From Psychrobacter sp. DM4 (lineage in GTDB: Bacteria; Pseudomonadota; Gammaproteobacteria; Pseudomonadales; Moraxellaceae): a stretch of 32,000 nucleotides of DNA. Made by a program: the position numbers and the translations under genes. Below, one piece after another: positions 24,257 to 32,000 of the stretch (position 1 is the first letter of the stretch; every line of letters starts with the position of its first letter). Location: the NCBI RefSeq assembly GCF_051307035.1, contig NZ_CP195536.1, forward strand, positions 1,590,001-1,622,000. Reading direction: 5' to 3'. Under the pieces are notes generated by a model. The model was not told the DNA's origin. It was given only the letters and a program-made list of their open reading frames with translations, and searched no databases.

Positions 24257-25528
24257 TTAACGCTTCAGACGAACGCCATGACGCTTCAATTCTAATTTGG
24301 CAATCATGGTCTTGTGAACTTCATCAGGACCATCAGCTAAGCGTAATACACGAGCTTGAGCATAGAAACTAGGTAACATAGTATCTTGACAAACACCCAT
24401 ACCACCATGAATTTGGATCGACATATCGACTACGTCTTGGAGTACCGTTGGCGCAACGACTTTAATCGCTGATATCTCAGTTAGAGCCGCTTTAGTACCT
24501 TGGCTATCCATCTTTTGCGCGGCATAAAGAGTCAGTAGGCGCGCCTGATCAATCTTAATGCGTGCTTCAGCGATACGCTCTAGATTGCCGCCTAGTTGCA
24601 ATAAAGGTTTGCCAAAAGCAGTACGTTCGGTACCGCGCTTGATCGCAAGCTCTAGTGATTTTTCAGCGGCACCAATACAGCGCATGCAGTGATGAATACG
24701 GCCTGGCCCTAAGCGGCCCTGCGCAATCTCAAAACCCATACCAGGTCCACCGATAAAATTGTCGACGGGTACGCGCACGTTATCAAAGCTAACCTCACCA
24801 TGCCCGTGAGGAGCATCATAATCCCCGAATACTTTTAGCATACGTTCGATGTTAACGCCTGCGGTCTTAACAGGGACGAGCACCATAGAATGCTGATGAT
24901 GACGATCTTGATCTTCGCTTGGCGTATGAGCCATGACGATGAGCACATCGACCGCAGGATCGCCCAGACCTGACGACCACCATTTACTACCATTAATAAC
25001 GATCTCATCGCCGTCAACGACAGCAGTTGCTTGCATATTGGTTGCATCACTTGAGGCAACTTCAGGCTCCGTCATACAAAATACAGAGCGGGTTTTACCC
25101 TCTAACAATGGCGTCAACCATTTGTCTTGCTGCTCTTGGCTGCCGTAGCGCCATAGTAACTCCATATTGCCACTATCAGGTGCATTACAATTAAAGATGT
25201 AAGGCGCTAAAAGACTGCGACCTGTCAGCTCGGCTATCGGTGCGTAATCTGTTACAGACAAGCCTGCGCCTAACGTGTCATCAGGCAAAAATAGATTCCA
25301 AAGACCTGCTTCGCGGGCTTGTTTGCGCAGGCTTTCGTACTTTTGAGGCCATTGCCAGTTTTTCCAGTTACCATCTGGATTTTGCTTGTGACAATCGTGC
25401 CAAAACTGTGCTTCGATAGGCTCAATATTAGTGGCGATGAAATCCTTAACTCGGCTATGTAACTCTTCACCGTGGTCACTGACCGCAAACATTGCTTTTG
25501 AAGTAGTCGTTGGTTTGTCTGTAGACAT
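24257..25528 (-). CDS. Acyl-CoA dehydrogenase-family protein, ACAD10/11 / FadE2-like
   Basis: 423 aa with ACAD N, middle and C-terminal architecture. Contains CMTEPEVASSDATNM and C-terminal LRLADGPDEVHKTMIAK where classical ACADs have the YEG(T/S) catalytic-base motif. An AAGGAA Shine-Dalgarno is present. Confidence 0.85.
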   Translation of the reverse strand: MSTDKPTTTSKAMFAVSDHGEELHSRVKDFIATNIEPIEAQFWHDCHKQNPDGNWKNWQWPQKYESLRKQAREAGLWNLFLPDDTLGAGLSVTDYAPIAELTGRSLLAPYIFNCNAPDSGNMELLWRYGSQEQQDKWLTPLLEGKTRSVFCMTEPEVASSDATNMQATAVVDGDEIVINGSKWWSSGLGDPAVDVLIVMAHTPSEDQDRHHQHSMVLVPVKTAGVNIERMLKVFGDYDAPHGHGEVSFDNVRVPVDNFIGGPGMGFEIAQGRLGPGRIHHCMRCIGAAEKSLELAIKRGTERTAFGKPLLQLGGNLERIAEARIKIDQARLLTLYAAQKMDSQGTKAALTEISAIKVVAPTVLQDVVDMSIQIHGGMGVCQDTMLPSFYAQARVLRLADGPDEVHKTMIAKLELKRHGVRLKR

Positions 25529-25653
25529 TGTGGTATTCCTTTTCCTTGTTATGCAGTGTCAGTGCAACTTTGAAATAAATTTAGATTTTAGTGTACGTAC
25601 GTTTACTTCTATTTTGTATCCTACATTTATAACATAGGCTTTACCAATAAACA

Positions 25654-25687
25654 GCAAAAAAGGCGCGACCCATTAGGACACGCCTTT
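25654..25687 (-). terminator. Rho-independent terminator after sohB
   Basis: Stem AAAGGCGCG (25659-25667) / CACGCCTTT (25679-25687) with one mismatch. On the minus strand it is followed by TTTTTTGC. It lies about 55 nt downstream of the sohB stop. Confidence 0.65.
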
Positions 25688-25741
25688 ACAAAACATAAAC
25701 AGTTACCGACGCTATCGGATATGCTTACAGTGCTTTTAAGT

Positions 25742-26728
25742 TTATTTAAGAATGTTTAGGCGCTGGTTTAAGTCGAAACGCATTAGGGCGTCTGGTAGTT
25801 TATCGATTGCCATTGCCAATGTCGCTTCTGCGGCTTGCGCTAACCCTAGCTTCTCAGCCAAAGTTGGTTTTTGACGTGAATGAAGTGCGTAGACTTCGTT
25901 GTCCTCCATTAGCGCTAGTAAGTAGCTGTCTGAGGTCTGTAAACTATCGACTAATTTCAACTCAAGCGCATCTTCGCCATACCAGTGCTCGCCTGTCGCC
26001 ACTTTGTCTAGGTCAAGCTTTGGACGATAGTTGGTCACAAAATGCTTGAACAACTCATGGGTCTGCTCAAGCTCTTCTTGGTATTTAGCGCGGTCTTTAT
26101 CGTCGTTTTCACCAAATACCGTAACCGTACGTTTGTAGTCACCAGCGGTGAACATCTCGTAGTCGACGTCGTGGTTTTTGAGCCATTTATGAAAGTTTGG
26201 TAATTGTGAGACGACGCCGATTGAACCTATAATTGCAAAGGGCGCAGCGACGATTTTGTCCGCAACACATGCCATCATATAGCCGCCACTCGCAGCGACT
26301 TTGTCCACACAAACCGTCAGTGTCAAACCTGCATCTTTTAGACGAGCCAGTTGCGCGGCCGCAAGGCCATAACCATGGACTACCCCGCCTGACGACTCCA
26401 AACGTACGACCACCTCATCACCTTTGTTTGCTGTACTGATAAGCGTACTGATCTCTTCACGCAAATGCTTGACGGCGCTAGCCTTGATGTCACCATCGAA
26501 ATCCAATACAAAAACTTGCGAGCTTTTACTAGCGTCTTTATCTTTCTTCTTGCTTTTGGCCTTAGCTTTTAGGGCTTGCTTGGCTTGTTTTGCCATAGTT
26601 TTTTTCAGTAATTTTAATGCAGCTTTACCTTGAGTCGCTTCCATAAGATCTTCACGGCGCTGCTCTTGCGCTTTGTTGAGATGACGGACTTTGAGTTCTA
26701 CGGGATTTTTGGGTGGATTAAATAACAT
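25742..26728 (-). CDS. sohB: S49-family serine peptidase SohB
   Basis: 328 aa. It is colinear with remembered E. coli SohB from ELKVRHLN onward. Shared segments include the lysine-rich linker, VFVLDFDGD, LESSGGVVHGYGLAA, the serine nucleophile region VDKVAASGGYMMACVADKI and ATGEHWYG. Confidence 0.88.
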   Translation of the reverse strand: MLFNPPKNPVELKVRHLNKAQEQRREDLMEATQGKAALKLLKKTMAKQAKQALKAKAKSKKKDKDASKSSQVFVLDFDGDIKASAVKHLREEISTLISTANKGDEVVVRLESSGGVVHGYGLAAAQLARLKDAGLTLTVCVDKVAASGGYMMACVADKIVAAPFAIIGSIGVVSQLPNFHKWLKNHDVDYEMFTAGDYKRTVTVFGENDDKDRAKYQEELEQTHELFKHFVTNYRPKLDLDKVATGEHWYGEDALELKLVDSLQTSDSYLLALMEDNEVYALHSRQKPTLAEKLGLAQAAEATLAMAIDKLPDALMRFDLNQRLNILK

Positions 26729-27097
26729 GAAACATTCCTTTTATTGAAGAGAGTCGTAACCTGAGACATTAGTTGGTGATGAACAATTTTGATATTTGAT
26801 ATAAGAATACATAGTATTTTTGGTCATTCAGATATGAGCGCACAAGAATGCGTTTTCAAGTCTTTAACGGGTGTCTTAACGCGCATATTGTCGTATCAGA
26901 GTTGTATAACAAAAGCACATTAGGCATAATATGCGTTTGCATAAAATTTTCTACCGTCAGCGTAGTGGTTATGATTATTCCCAATTACGTTGACTCTCTT
27001 TTGATTACTATCAACTCAATTTTTAACATTGAATATAGTGATGATTGCACTACTGCCTTTGAATCGATCTGATCTGACAACTGGATAACTAAATATT

Positions 27098-28939
27098 ATG
27101 ACACAGAGCACTATGACGCAAAGCGGCTACCGAGACGAATATTGCGGCGCCGTAACAGAGAGCTTACTTGAGCAAACCATCACTATCGTAGGCTGGGTAC
27201 ATCGTCGTCGTGATCATGGTGGAGTAATATTCTTAGATATGCGTGACCGCGCTGGCATATTGCAAGTCGTCGTCGATCCAGACACGCCAGAGGCTTTTGC
27301 GATTGCTGATGCTGCTCGTCCTGAATATGTGCTCAAAATTACAGGACGCGTGCGTCGTCGTTATGAAGGTACTGAAAATGCTAATATGACCAGCGGTCAA
27401 ATTGAGCTGCTCGGTAAAGAGATCGAGGTCTTAGCCAAGTCTGAGACGCCGCCTTTTCCATTGAATGATGATAACACAACGGTGTCTGAAGACCTGCGTC
27501 TCAAATATCGCTACCTAGACATGCGTCGACCGCAAATGCAAGAGCGTATGGTGTTCCGTGCCAAAGCGACCTCAGCGATTCGCCGCTATTTAGATGATCA
27601 TGGATTTTTGGATGTCGAGACCCCTATCTTGACTCGAGCGACTCCAGAAGGTGCGCGCGATTACCTCGTACCGTCACGTACACGCCCGGGCAACTTCTTT
27701 GCCTTACCGCAGTCGCCTCAGCTATTTAAACAGCTACTCATGGTGTCAGGATTTGATCGATATTATCAAATCGCTAAATGTTTCCGTGATGAGGACCTGC
27801 GCGCTGATCGTCAACCTGAGTTTACCCAAGTCGATATCGAGACCTCTTTTTTAGACGAAGAGGAGATCATGACTATCAACGAAGGTCTGATCAAACACGT
27901 ATTCAAAACTATGATGGATATCGAGCTGAATGATTTTCCGCGTATGACCTACGAGGAAGCGATGCGTGACTATGCTTCAGATAAGCCCGATTTGCGTATA
28001 CCGCTTAAACTGATTGACGTTGCTGACTTGATGAAAGACGTGGATTTTAAGGTATTCTCAGGTCCGGCGAATGATCCAAAAGGTCGCGTGGCCGCCCTAC
28101 GTATACCAAATGGTGCGTCGATCAGCCGTAAACAAATCGATGCTTATACCAAATTCGTTGGCATCTACGGCGCACGTGGTTTGGCGTATATCAAAGTCAA
28201 TGATGCCAGTAATGTCAATAATGGCGTTGATAAAGAGTCAGGTCTGCAATCTCCAATCATTAAGAATATGACGGACGACGTTCTTGCTAGTCTCATTGAA
28301 CGTACTGGCGCTGAGAGCGGCGATATCATCTTCTTTGGCGCAGATAAAGCCAGTACCGTGAATGATGCTATGGGCGCACTACGTCAAAAGATCGGTCTCG
28401 ATCTTGAGATGACGACTTGCGAGTGGGCGCCACTTTGGGTTACAGACTTCCCGATGTTTGAGCAGACTGACGATGGTCGCTGGACCTCCATGCATCACCC
28501 GTTTACAAAGCCTAAAGGCTCTGTTGATGAGCTAAAAGACCATCCAGAATCAGCACTCTCTATTGCTTATGATATGGTATTGAATGGTACTGAAATCGGC
28601 GGTGGTAGCTTACGTATCAATACCCTTGAGATGCAACAGGCCGTATTTGAAGCGCTTGGTATCGATGAGCAAGAGGCTGAAGATAAATTTAGCTTCTTAC
28701 TTGATGCGCTTAAATTCGGTGCACCGCCGCATGGTGGCTTAGCCTTTGGCTTAGATCGATTGATTATGCTTATGGTAGGCGCAAGCTCTATCCGAGACGT
28801 CATTGCCTTCCCAAAAACCAAGACAGCCGATTGTCCATTGACAGAAGCCCCTGCTCCTGTAGATCCCAAGCAGTTGCGTGAACTTGGCATACGCTTGCGT
28901 GAAAAAGTTCAGGCAGATACGGATAGACCTGCTCAATAG
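27098..28939 (+). CDS. aspS: Aspartate-tRNA ligase
   Basis: 613 aa. Contains the OB-fold N-terminus [20 protein letters not shown]. Class II motifs are [27 protein letters not shown] and [13 protein letters not shown]. Two in-frame ATGs lie 15 nt apart (27098 and 27113), so the start is ambiguous. Confidence 0.93.
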   Translation: MTQSTMTQSGYRDEYCGAVTESLLEQTITIVGWVHRRRDHGGVIFLDMRDRAGILQVVVDPDTPEAFAIADAARPEYVLKITGRVRRRYEGTENANMTSGQIELLGKEIEVLAKSETPPFPLNDDNTTVSEDLRLKYRYLDMRRPQMQERMVFRAKATSAIRRYLDDHGFLDVETPILTRATPEGARDYLVPSRTRPGNFFALPQSPQLFKQLLMVSGFDRYYQIAKCFRDEDLRADRQPEFTQVDIETSFLDEEEIMTINEGLIKHVFKTMMDIELNDFPRMTYEEAMRDYASDKPDLRIPLKLIDVADLMKDVDFKVFSGPANDPKGRVAALRIPNGASISRKQIDAYTKFVGIYGARGLAYIKVNDASNVNNGVDKESGLQSPIIKNMTDDVLASLIERTGAESGDIIFFGADKASTVNDAMGALRQKIGLDLEMTTCEWAPLWVTDFPMFEQTDDGRWTSMHHPFTKPKGSVDELKDHPESALSIAYDMVLNGTEIGGGSLRINTLEMQQAVFEALGIDEQEAEDKFSFLLDALKFGAPPHGGLAFGLDRLIMLMVGASSIRDVIAFPKTKTADCPLTEAPAPVDPKQLRELGIRLREKVQADTDRPAQ

Positions 28940-28987
28940 ATGTTCAAGCAGAGACTACTTTAATTATACAAGGTTATGTGAACGCTT

Positions 28988-29923
28988 ATGAATCCATATA
29001 ATCTTTTTAAGTTTGTGCCATTGCCTGTATTACAGGTGGCGGCACGTGCTGCTGCACGAACGGTTCACTGGTTACCTGAGATCAATATTATTCGAACGAT
29101 CAAAATCAACATGGCATTAACAGCACCTGTACTTGATAGCGCTTGTAACAAAACGTCAATTAAAGACATTATTCGCAATCAGTCTTTGGGTAGTGTTGAG
29201 TCAATAAAAAGCTGGGCGATGCCGCCTGAGTGGAGCATTGCTCAAATTGTTAAGGTTCATAACAAAGACATCTTTTTAGAGGGGCTCGCTAACCCTAATG
29301 GGATGCTCGCTATCGTACCTCATTTAGGTACATGGGAGATGATGAACGCATGGCTTAATCAGTTTGGCGCGCCGACCATTATGTACAAGCCTGTCAAAAA
29401 CAAACTCATTAATGCGTTTATTTTGCAAGGCCGTACACGTCTTAATGCTACTTTGGTTCGTACTGATGCGAGCGGCGTCAAAGCTATATTTAAAACGCTT
29501 AAGCAAGGCGGCTTTAGTATTGTATTGCCCGATCATGTGCCAGACCCGTCAGGCGGCGTTATCGTCCCTTTTTTTGGTATCGACACACTGACCAGTACCC
29601 TCGCCTCAAAACTCGCTAGCAAAACTCAGTGCGCGTTGGTAGGACTATCCTGTATCCGCCGTGATGACAGACGCGGATTTGATATCTACTGCTACAAGCT
29701 TGACGATCCAGACCTGTATCATCGTGATGTCAAGGTGGCGGCACATGCACTAAATAAAGCAATGGAGCCCATGATTATGGATAACTTTAGTCATTACATG
29801 TGGGGATACAAGCGCTTTAAACGTATACCGAGTTTAGGCAACCCTTATCGTACAACGGAAGCTAAATTGGCAGACTTTATCAGTGCTAATTTACCTCCTA
29901 CTAATCCTGGATCATTTAGTTAG
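28988..29923 (+). CDS. Lipid A late (secondary) acyltransferase, LpxL/LpxM (HtrB/MsbB) family
   Basis: 311 aa. Contains the catalytic HX4(D/E) motif in VPHLGTWEMM and LPDHVPD typical of the lysophospholipid-acyltransferase-like LpxL family. It starts 48 nt after aspS with no intervening terminator. Confidence 0.75.
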   Translation: MNPYNLFKFVPLPVLQVAARAAARTVHWLPEINIIRTIKINMALTAPVLDSACNKTSIKDIIRNQSLGSVESIKSWAMPPEWSIAQIVKVHNKDIFLEGLANPNGMLAIVPHLGTWEMMNAWLNQFGAPTIMYKPVKNKLINAFILQGRTRLNATLVRTDASGVKAIFKTLKQGGFSIVLPDHVPDPSGGVIVPFFGIDTLTSTLASKLASKTQCALVGLSCIRRDDRRGFDIYCYKLDDPDLYHRDVKVAAHALNKAMEPMIMDNFSHYMWGYKRFKRIPSLGNPYRTTEAKLADFISANLPPTNPGSFS

Positions 29924-29982
29924 TCCTTAATACTGGTCAGCATAAAACTAGGCAGTACAAAACTAGACAACACGAGCATATT

Positions 29983-30774
29983 ATGGCACTTGATACTTCT
30001 GAATTACTACCCTCTACGCAACCTACTAAAGCCGATCAGCGCTACATTATTTGCATGAAATGGGGCGATAAGTATGGTGCTGAGTACGTCAATCGCCTCT
30101 ATAATATGGTCAGTCGTCACCTCAGTCTAGACTTTCAGATGATATGCTTAACAGACGATAGTACGGGTATCGATTCGGCCGTAGACTGCTATCCTATCCC
30201 TGAGCTTGACCTGCCCGCTGGATTGCCCGAGCGCGGCTGGAAAAAACTCACTACATTCAAGCCTGAGCTCTATGATTATAAAGGTGTCGCTTTGTTTTTG
30301 GATATTGATATTGTTATCGTCGATAATATCGATGAATTTTTTACCTACAAAGCGGAACATGATGATAGCGTCGTTATCATCCGTGATTGGAAAAAACCAT
30401 GGCGCATGGTAGGTAACAGCTCGGTGTATCGATTTAAAATCGGTCAAAACACCTATCCCAATTTGCTAAGCAACTTTGAGCAGAATTTTGCACAAATTAG
30501 CTCAGAGGTTCGTCACGAACAAGCTTATCTGTCCAACTACTTACGTGAGCACCATCACCTAGAATACTGGGATAAAGACTGGTGCGTGAGTTTCAAATAT
30601 CAGTGTATTGCTCCTATCCCATTTAACTTCATTCGTGCGCCCAAACTCTCTGATAACGCCAAAATTGTCATTTTTCACGGTGAAATCAATCCACCAGATG
30701 CTATTGTTGGTGGCAGTGGCAAATGGTATCGTCACGTCAAGCCCAGTCCTTGGTTAAAAGAATACTGGCAATAA
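29983..30774 (+). CDS. Uncharacterised protein, probably a GT-A-like nucleotide-sugar glycosyltransferase
   Basis: 263 aa. Begins RYIICMKWGDKYGAEYVNRLYNMVSRHL, a pattern I recall from unclassified glycosyltransferase-annotated proteins. It has an acidic DxD-like segment FLDIDIVIVDNIDEF. It sits between an lpxL-family gene and a Stealth gene with short gaps. Confidence 0.4.
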   Translation: MALDTSELLPSTQPTKADQRYIICMKWGDKYGAEYVNRLYNMVSRHLSLDFQMICLTDDSTGIDSAVDCYPIPELDLPAGLPERGWKKLTTFKPELYDYKGVALFLDIDIVIVDNIDEFFTYKAEHDDSVVIIRDWKKPWRMVGNSSVYRFKIGQNTYPNLLSNFEQNFAQISSEVRHEQAYLSNYLREHHHLEYWDKDWCVSFKYQCIAPIPFNFIRAPKLSDNAKIVIFHGEINPPDAIVGGSGKWYRHVKPSPWLKEYWQ

Positions 30775-30790
30775 CGCTTTAGGAAATAAC

Positions 30791-31792
30791 ATGACCCAGC
30801 ATAGTGAACCGCCAATAGATATTGTCATTGCTTGGGTAGACGGTGATGATACTGTCCTAAAGCAAAAAAGAGCGCAGTATCAAGGATTATCAAATACTGC
30901 CTCTAGTGCTGTCAGCTCAACACGTTTTGCTAGTAATAACGAAATATATTACAACGTTGCTTCCATTATCAAGTACGTACCGTTCTGTCGTCATATATAT
31001 ATCGTCACGGACGGACAGCGACCTAAATTTGTCGATGAATTTGCGGAACAAGGTATTTGTGAAAAAGATAAAATACGTATTATAGATCATACAGAAATTT
31101 TCACAGGGTTTGAGCAGTATTTACCGACTTTTAATACCCGCTCCATTGAAACAATGTTATGGAATATCAAGGATTTATCTGATTACTTTATCTATATGAA
31201 TGACGATTTTTTCTTTAATCAATCTGTGACCTTAGATGAATTTTTAGATGAAGATAACATTATTATTCATGGTCATTGGCGAAAAAATGCAGTACTCCAA
31301 GCCAAACTCAAATATCGTAGTACTATGTCTAGAGTGACTAAGACCCCTATGCAACCAAAGCATACAACTGCCCAGATGCTAAGTGCTCAGATCCTTGGCA
31401 TGACTCAGTTCTTTGAGATTCATCATTATCCTCATATTGTGGATAAGAATATCTTGAAAAATTACTTATTAGATAACCCTCAGTTGTTAAATAAGCAAAT
31501 TAAGTATAAGTTTCGAGATGTGGCTCAAGTCAATCCTATTACGCTTATGAATCACTTAAAAATTCAAGCTAGCGAGGCTATGCTCAGACCTGATACCCCT
31601 ATTAACTATCTTAAGAACAAAAATAGCGTTATCGGTTTTTTAATAGATTTGAATAACGACTCAATCAAATATGGTTGTATACAAAGTCTAGATTTATATG
31701 ATCTAGACGCTTATAACAAAATTAGCGACGCTATGACTCAAAAATTTTTAGAGTATCTACCATCGTCATTGCTGCTAGATGATAATAAATAG
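30791..31792 (+). CDS. Stealth-family sugar-1-phosphate transferase (capsule/LOS phosphoglycosyl polymer synthesis)
   Basis: 333 aa. The Stealth conserved regions are recognisable: CR1 IDIVIAWVDGDD, and CR2 RFASNNEIYYNVASIIKYVPFCRHIYIVTDGQRP...IDHTEIF...YLPTFNTRSIETMLWNIKDLSDYFIYMNDDFFF. A CR3-like segment is HHYPHIVDK. An AGGAA Shine-Dalgarno is present. Confidence 0.82.
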   Translation: MTQHSEPPIDIVIAWVDGDDTVLKQKRAQYQGLSNTASSAVSSTRFASNNEIYYNVASIIKYVPFCRHIYIVTDGQRPKFVDEFAEQGICEKDKIRIIDHTEIFTGFEQYLPTFNTRSIETMLWNIKDLSDYFIYMNDDFFFNQSVTLDEFLDEDNIIIHGHWRKNAVLQAKLKYRSTMSRVTKTPMQPKHTTAQMLSAQILGMTQFFEIHHYPHIVDKNILKNYLLDNPQLLNKQIKYKFRDVAQVNPITLMNHLKIQASEAMLRPDTPINYLKNKNSVIGFLIDLNNDSIKYGCIQSLDLYDLDAYNKISDAMTQKFLEYLPSSLLLDDNK

Positions 31793-31904
31793 TTCTTAAC
31801 GTTAATTATCGAACCATAAATTTATAAAATTGATTCTAAAATTATAGCTATCACTTACCACATTGATCATTGATTTAAATTTTAACTTATCAAGGAATAA
31901 CATT

Positions 31905-32000
31905 ATGGTTTTATTTTTAATATCGAACCATACTGGTTTTAATACGGGTCGAGGGGGCCATTACTACTCTTTGAGACATATGGCTGAAGCTATGGGTAAG
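31905..32000 (+). CDS. 5' end of an ORF continuing past the right window edge (possibly another glycan-biosynthesis gene)
   Basis: An AAGGA Shine-Dalgarno lies 7 nt before the ATG at 31905. The open frame reads MVLFLISNHTGFNTGRGGHYYSLRHMAEAMGK... to the window end. Only 32 codons are visible, so function is not assignable. Confidence 0.4.
   Translation, partial: MVLFLISNHTGFNTGRGGHYYSLRHMAEAMGK

Noticed and set aside
26848-27072. 74-aa ORF in the sohB-aspS intergenic region.
   Set aside because: It lies in AT-rich promoter-like DNA with no Shine-Dalgarno. The hydrophobic, low-complexity translation (IICVCIKFSTVSVVVMIIPNY) is what AT-rich sequence gives by chance. No family was recognised.
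27098-27124. Near-duplicate start of aspS (ATGACACAGAGCACT ATGACGCAAAGC, reading MTQST-MTQS).
   Set aside because: This is only a start-codon ambiguity. Either ATG gives a normal AspRS N-terminus, and nothing suggests regulatory significance.
29569-29575. T7 homopolymer inside the lpxL-family gene, and A6/T6 runs in the GT and Stealth genes. Considered as phase-variation tracts.
   Set aside because: The runs are short, are expected in AT-rich coding sequence (TTTTTT encodes Phe-Phe here) and are far below the lengths usually associated with slipped-strand switching. No tetranucleotide or longer simple-sequence repeats were seen.
1-32000. Scan for mobile elements, CRISPR arrays, tRNA or rRNA genes, and defence or toxin-antitoxin systems.
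   Set aside because: No transposase, integrase, recombinase or phage-like ORFs were found. There are no terminal inverted repeat pairs flanking a gene block and no regularly spaced direct repeats. No cloverleaf-like tRNA sequences turned up in the intergenic regions I read. No nuclease, ATPase or reverse-transcriptase genes of defence type were seen. The only nuclease is housekeeping xthA.

Overview
The window looks like ordinary chromosomal core of a moderately AT-rich gammaproteobacterium. Gene content and protein sequences suggest Moraxellaceae, possibly Psychrobacter, but this is inference and no search was run. I support 27 protein-coding genes. Two are missing from the supplied track: a rarD-type transporter open at the left edge, and a 54-aa rubredoxin below the track's size cutoff. 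Content from left to right:
- an aromatic amino-acid operon (pheA, hisC, tyrA-aroA fusion);
- transaldolase, apt, rubredoxin plus an alpha/beta hydrolase, and a secreted WG-repeat protein;
- two transporters (EamA and RutG-like NCS2), sdaA, a DUF4377-like lipoprotein, argJ and xthA;
- a lipid/acyl-CoA neighbourhood (hotdog thioesterase, fadD-like ligase, SDR, histidine-phosphatase-fold protein, APH-family kinase, ACAD10/11-like acyl-CoA dehydrogenase);
- sohB and aspS;
- an AT-richer envelope-glycan block (LpxL-family acyltransferase, an uncharacterised glycosyltransferase-like protein, a Stealth-family sugar-phosphate transferase, and one more ORF cut by the window edge).
Several clear rho-independent terminators delimit the transcription units. 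I found no tRNA or rRNA genes, CRISPR arrays, transposases, integrases, prophage genes, toxin-antitoxin pairs or recognisable defence genes. I cannot honestly point to a clearly novel system. The most system-like feature is the kinase + ACAD + phosphatase + SDR cluster (20981-25528). It resembles a split-gene version of the ACAD10/11 or Pseudomonas lva 4-hydroxyacyl-CoA phosphorylation-elimination route. Its phosphatase-fold member appears to lack one canonical catalytic histidine. All functional calls come from by-eye motif recognition and remembered homologues, not from database searches.
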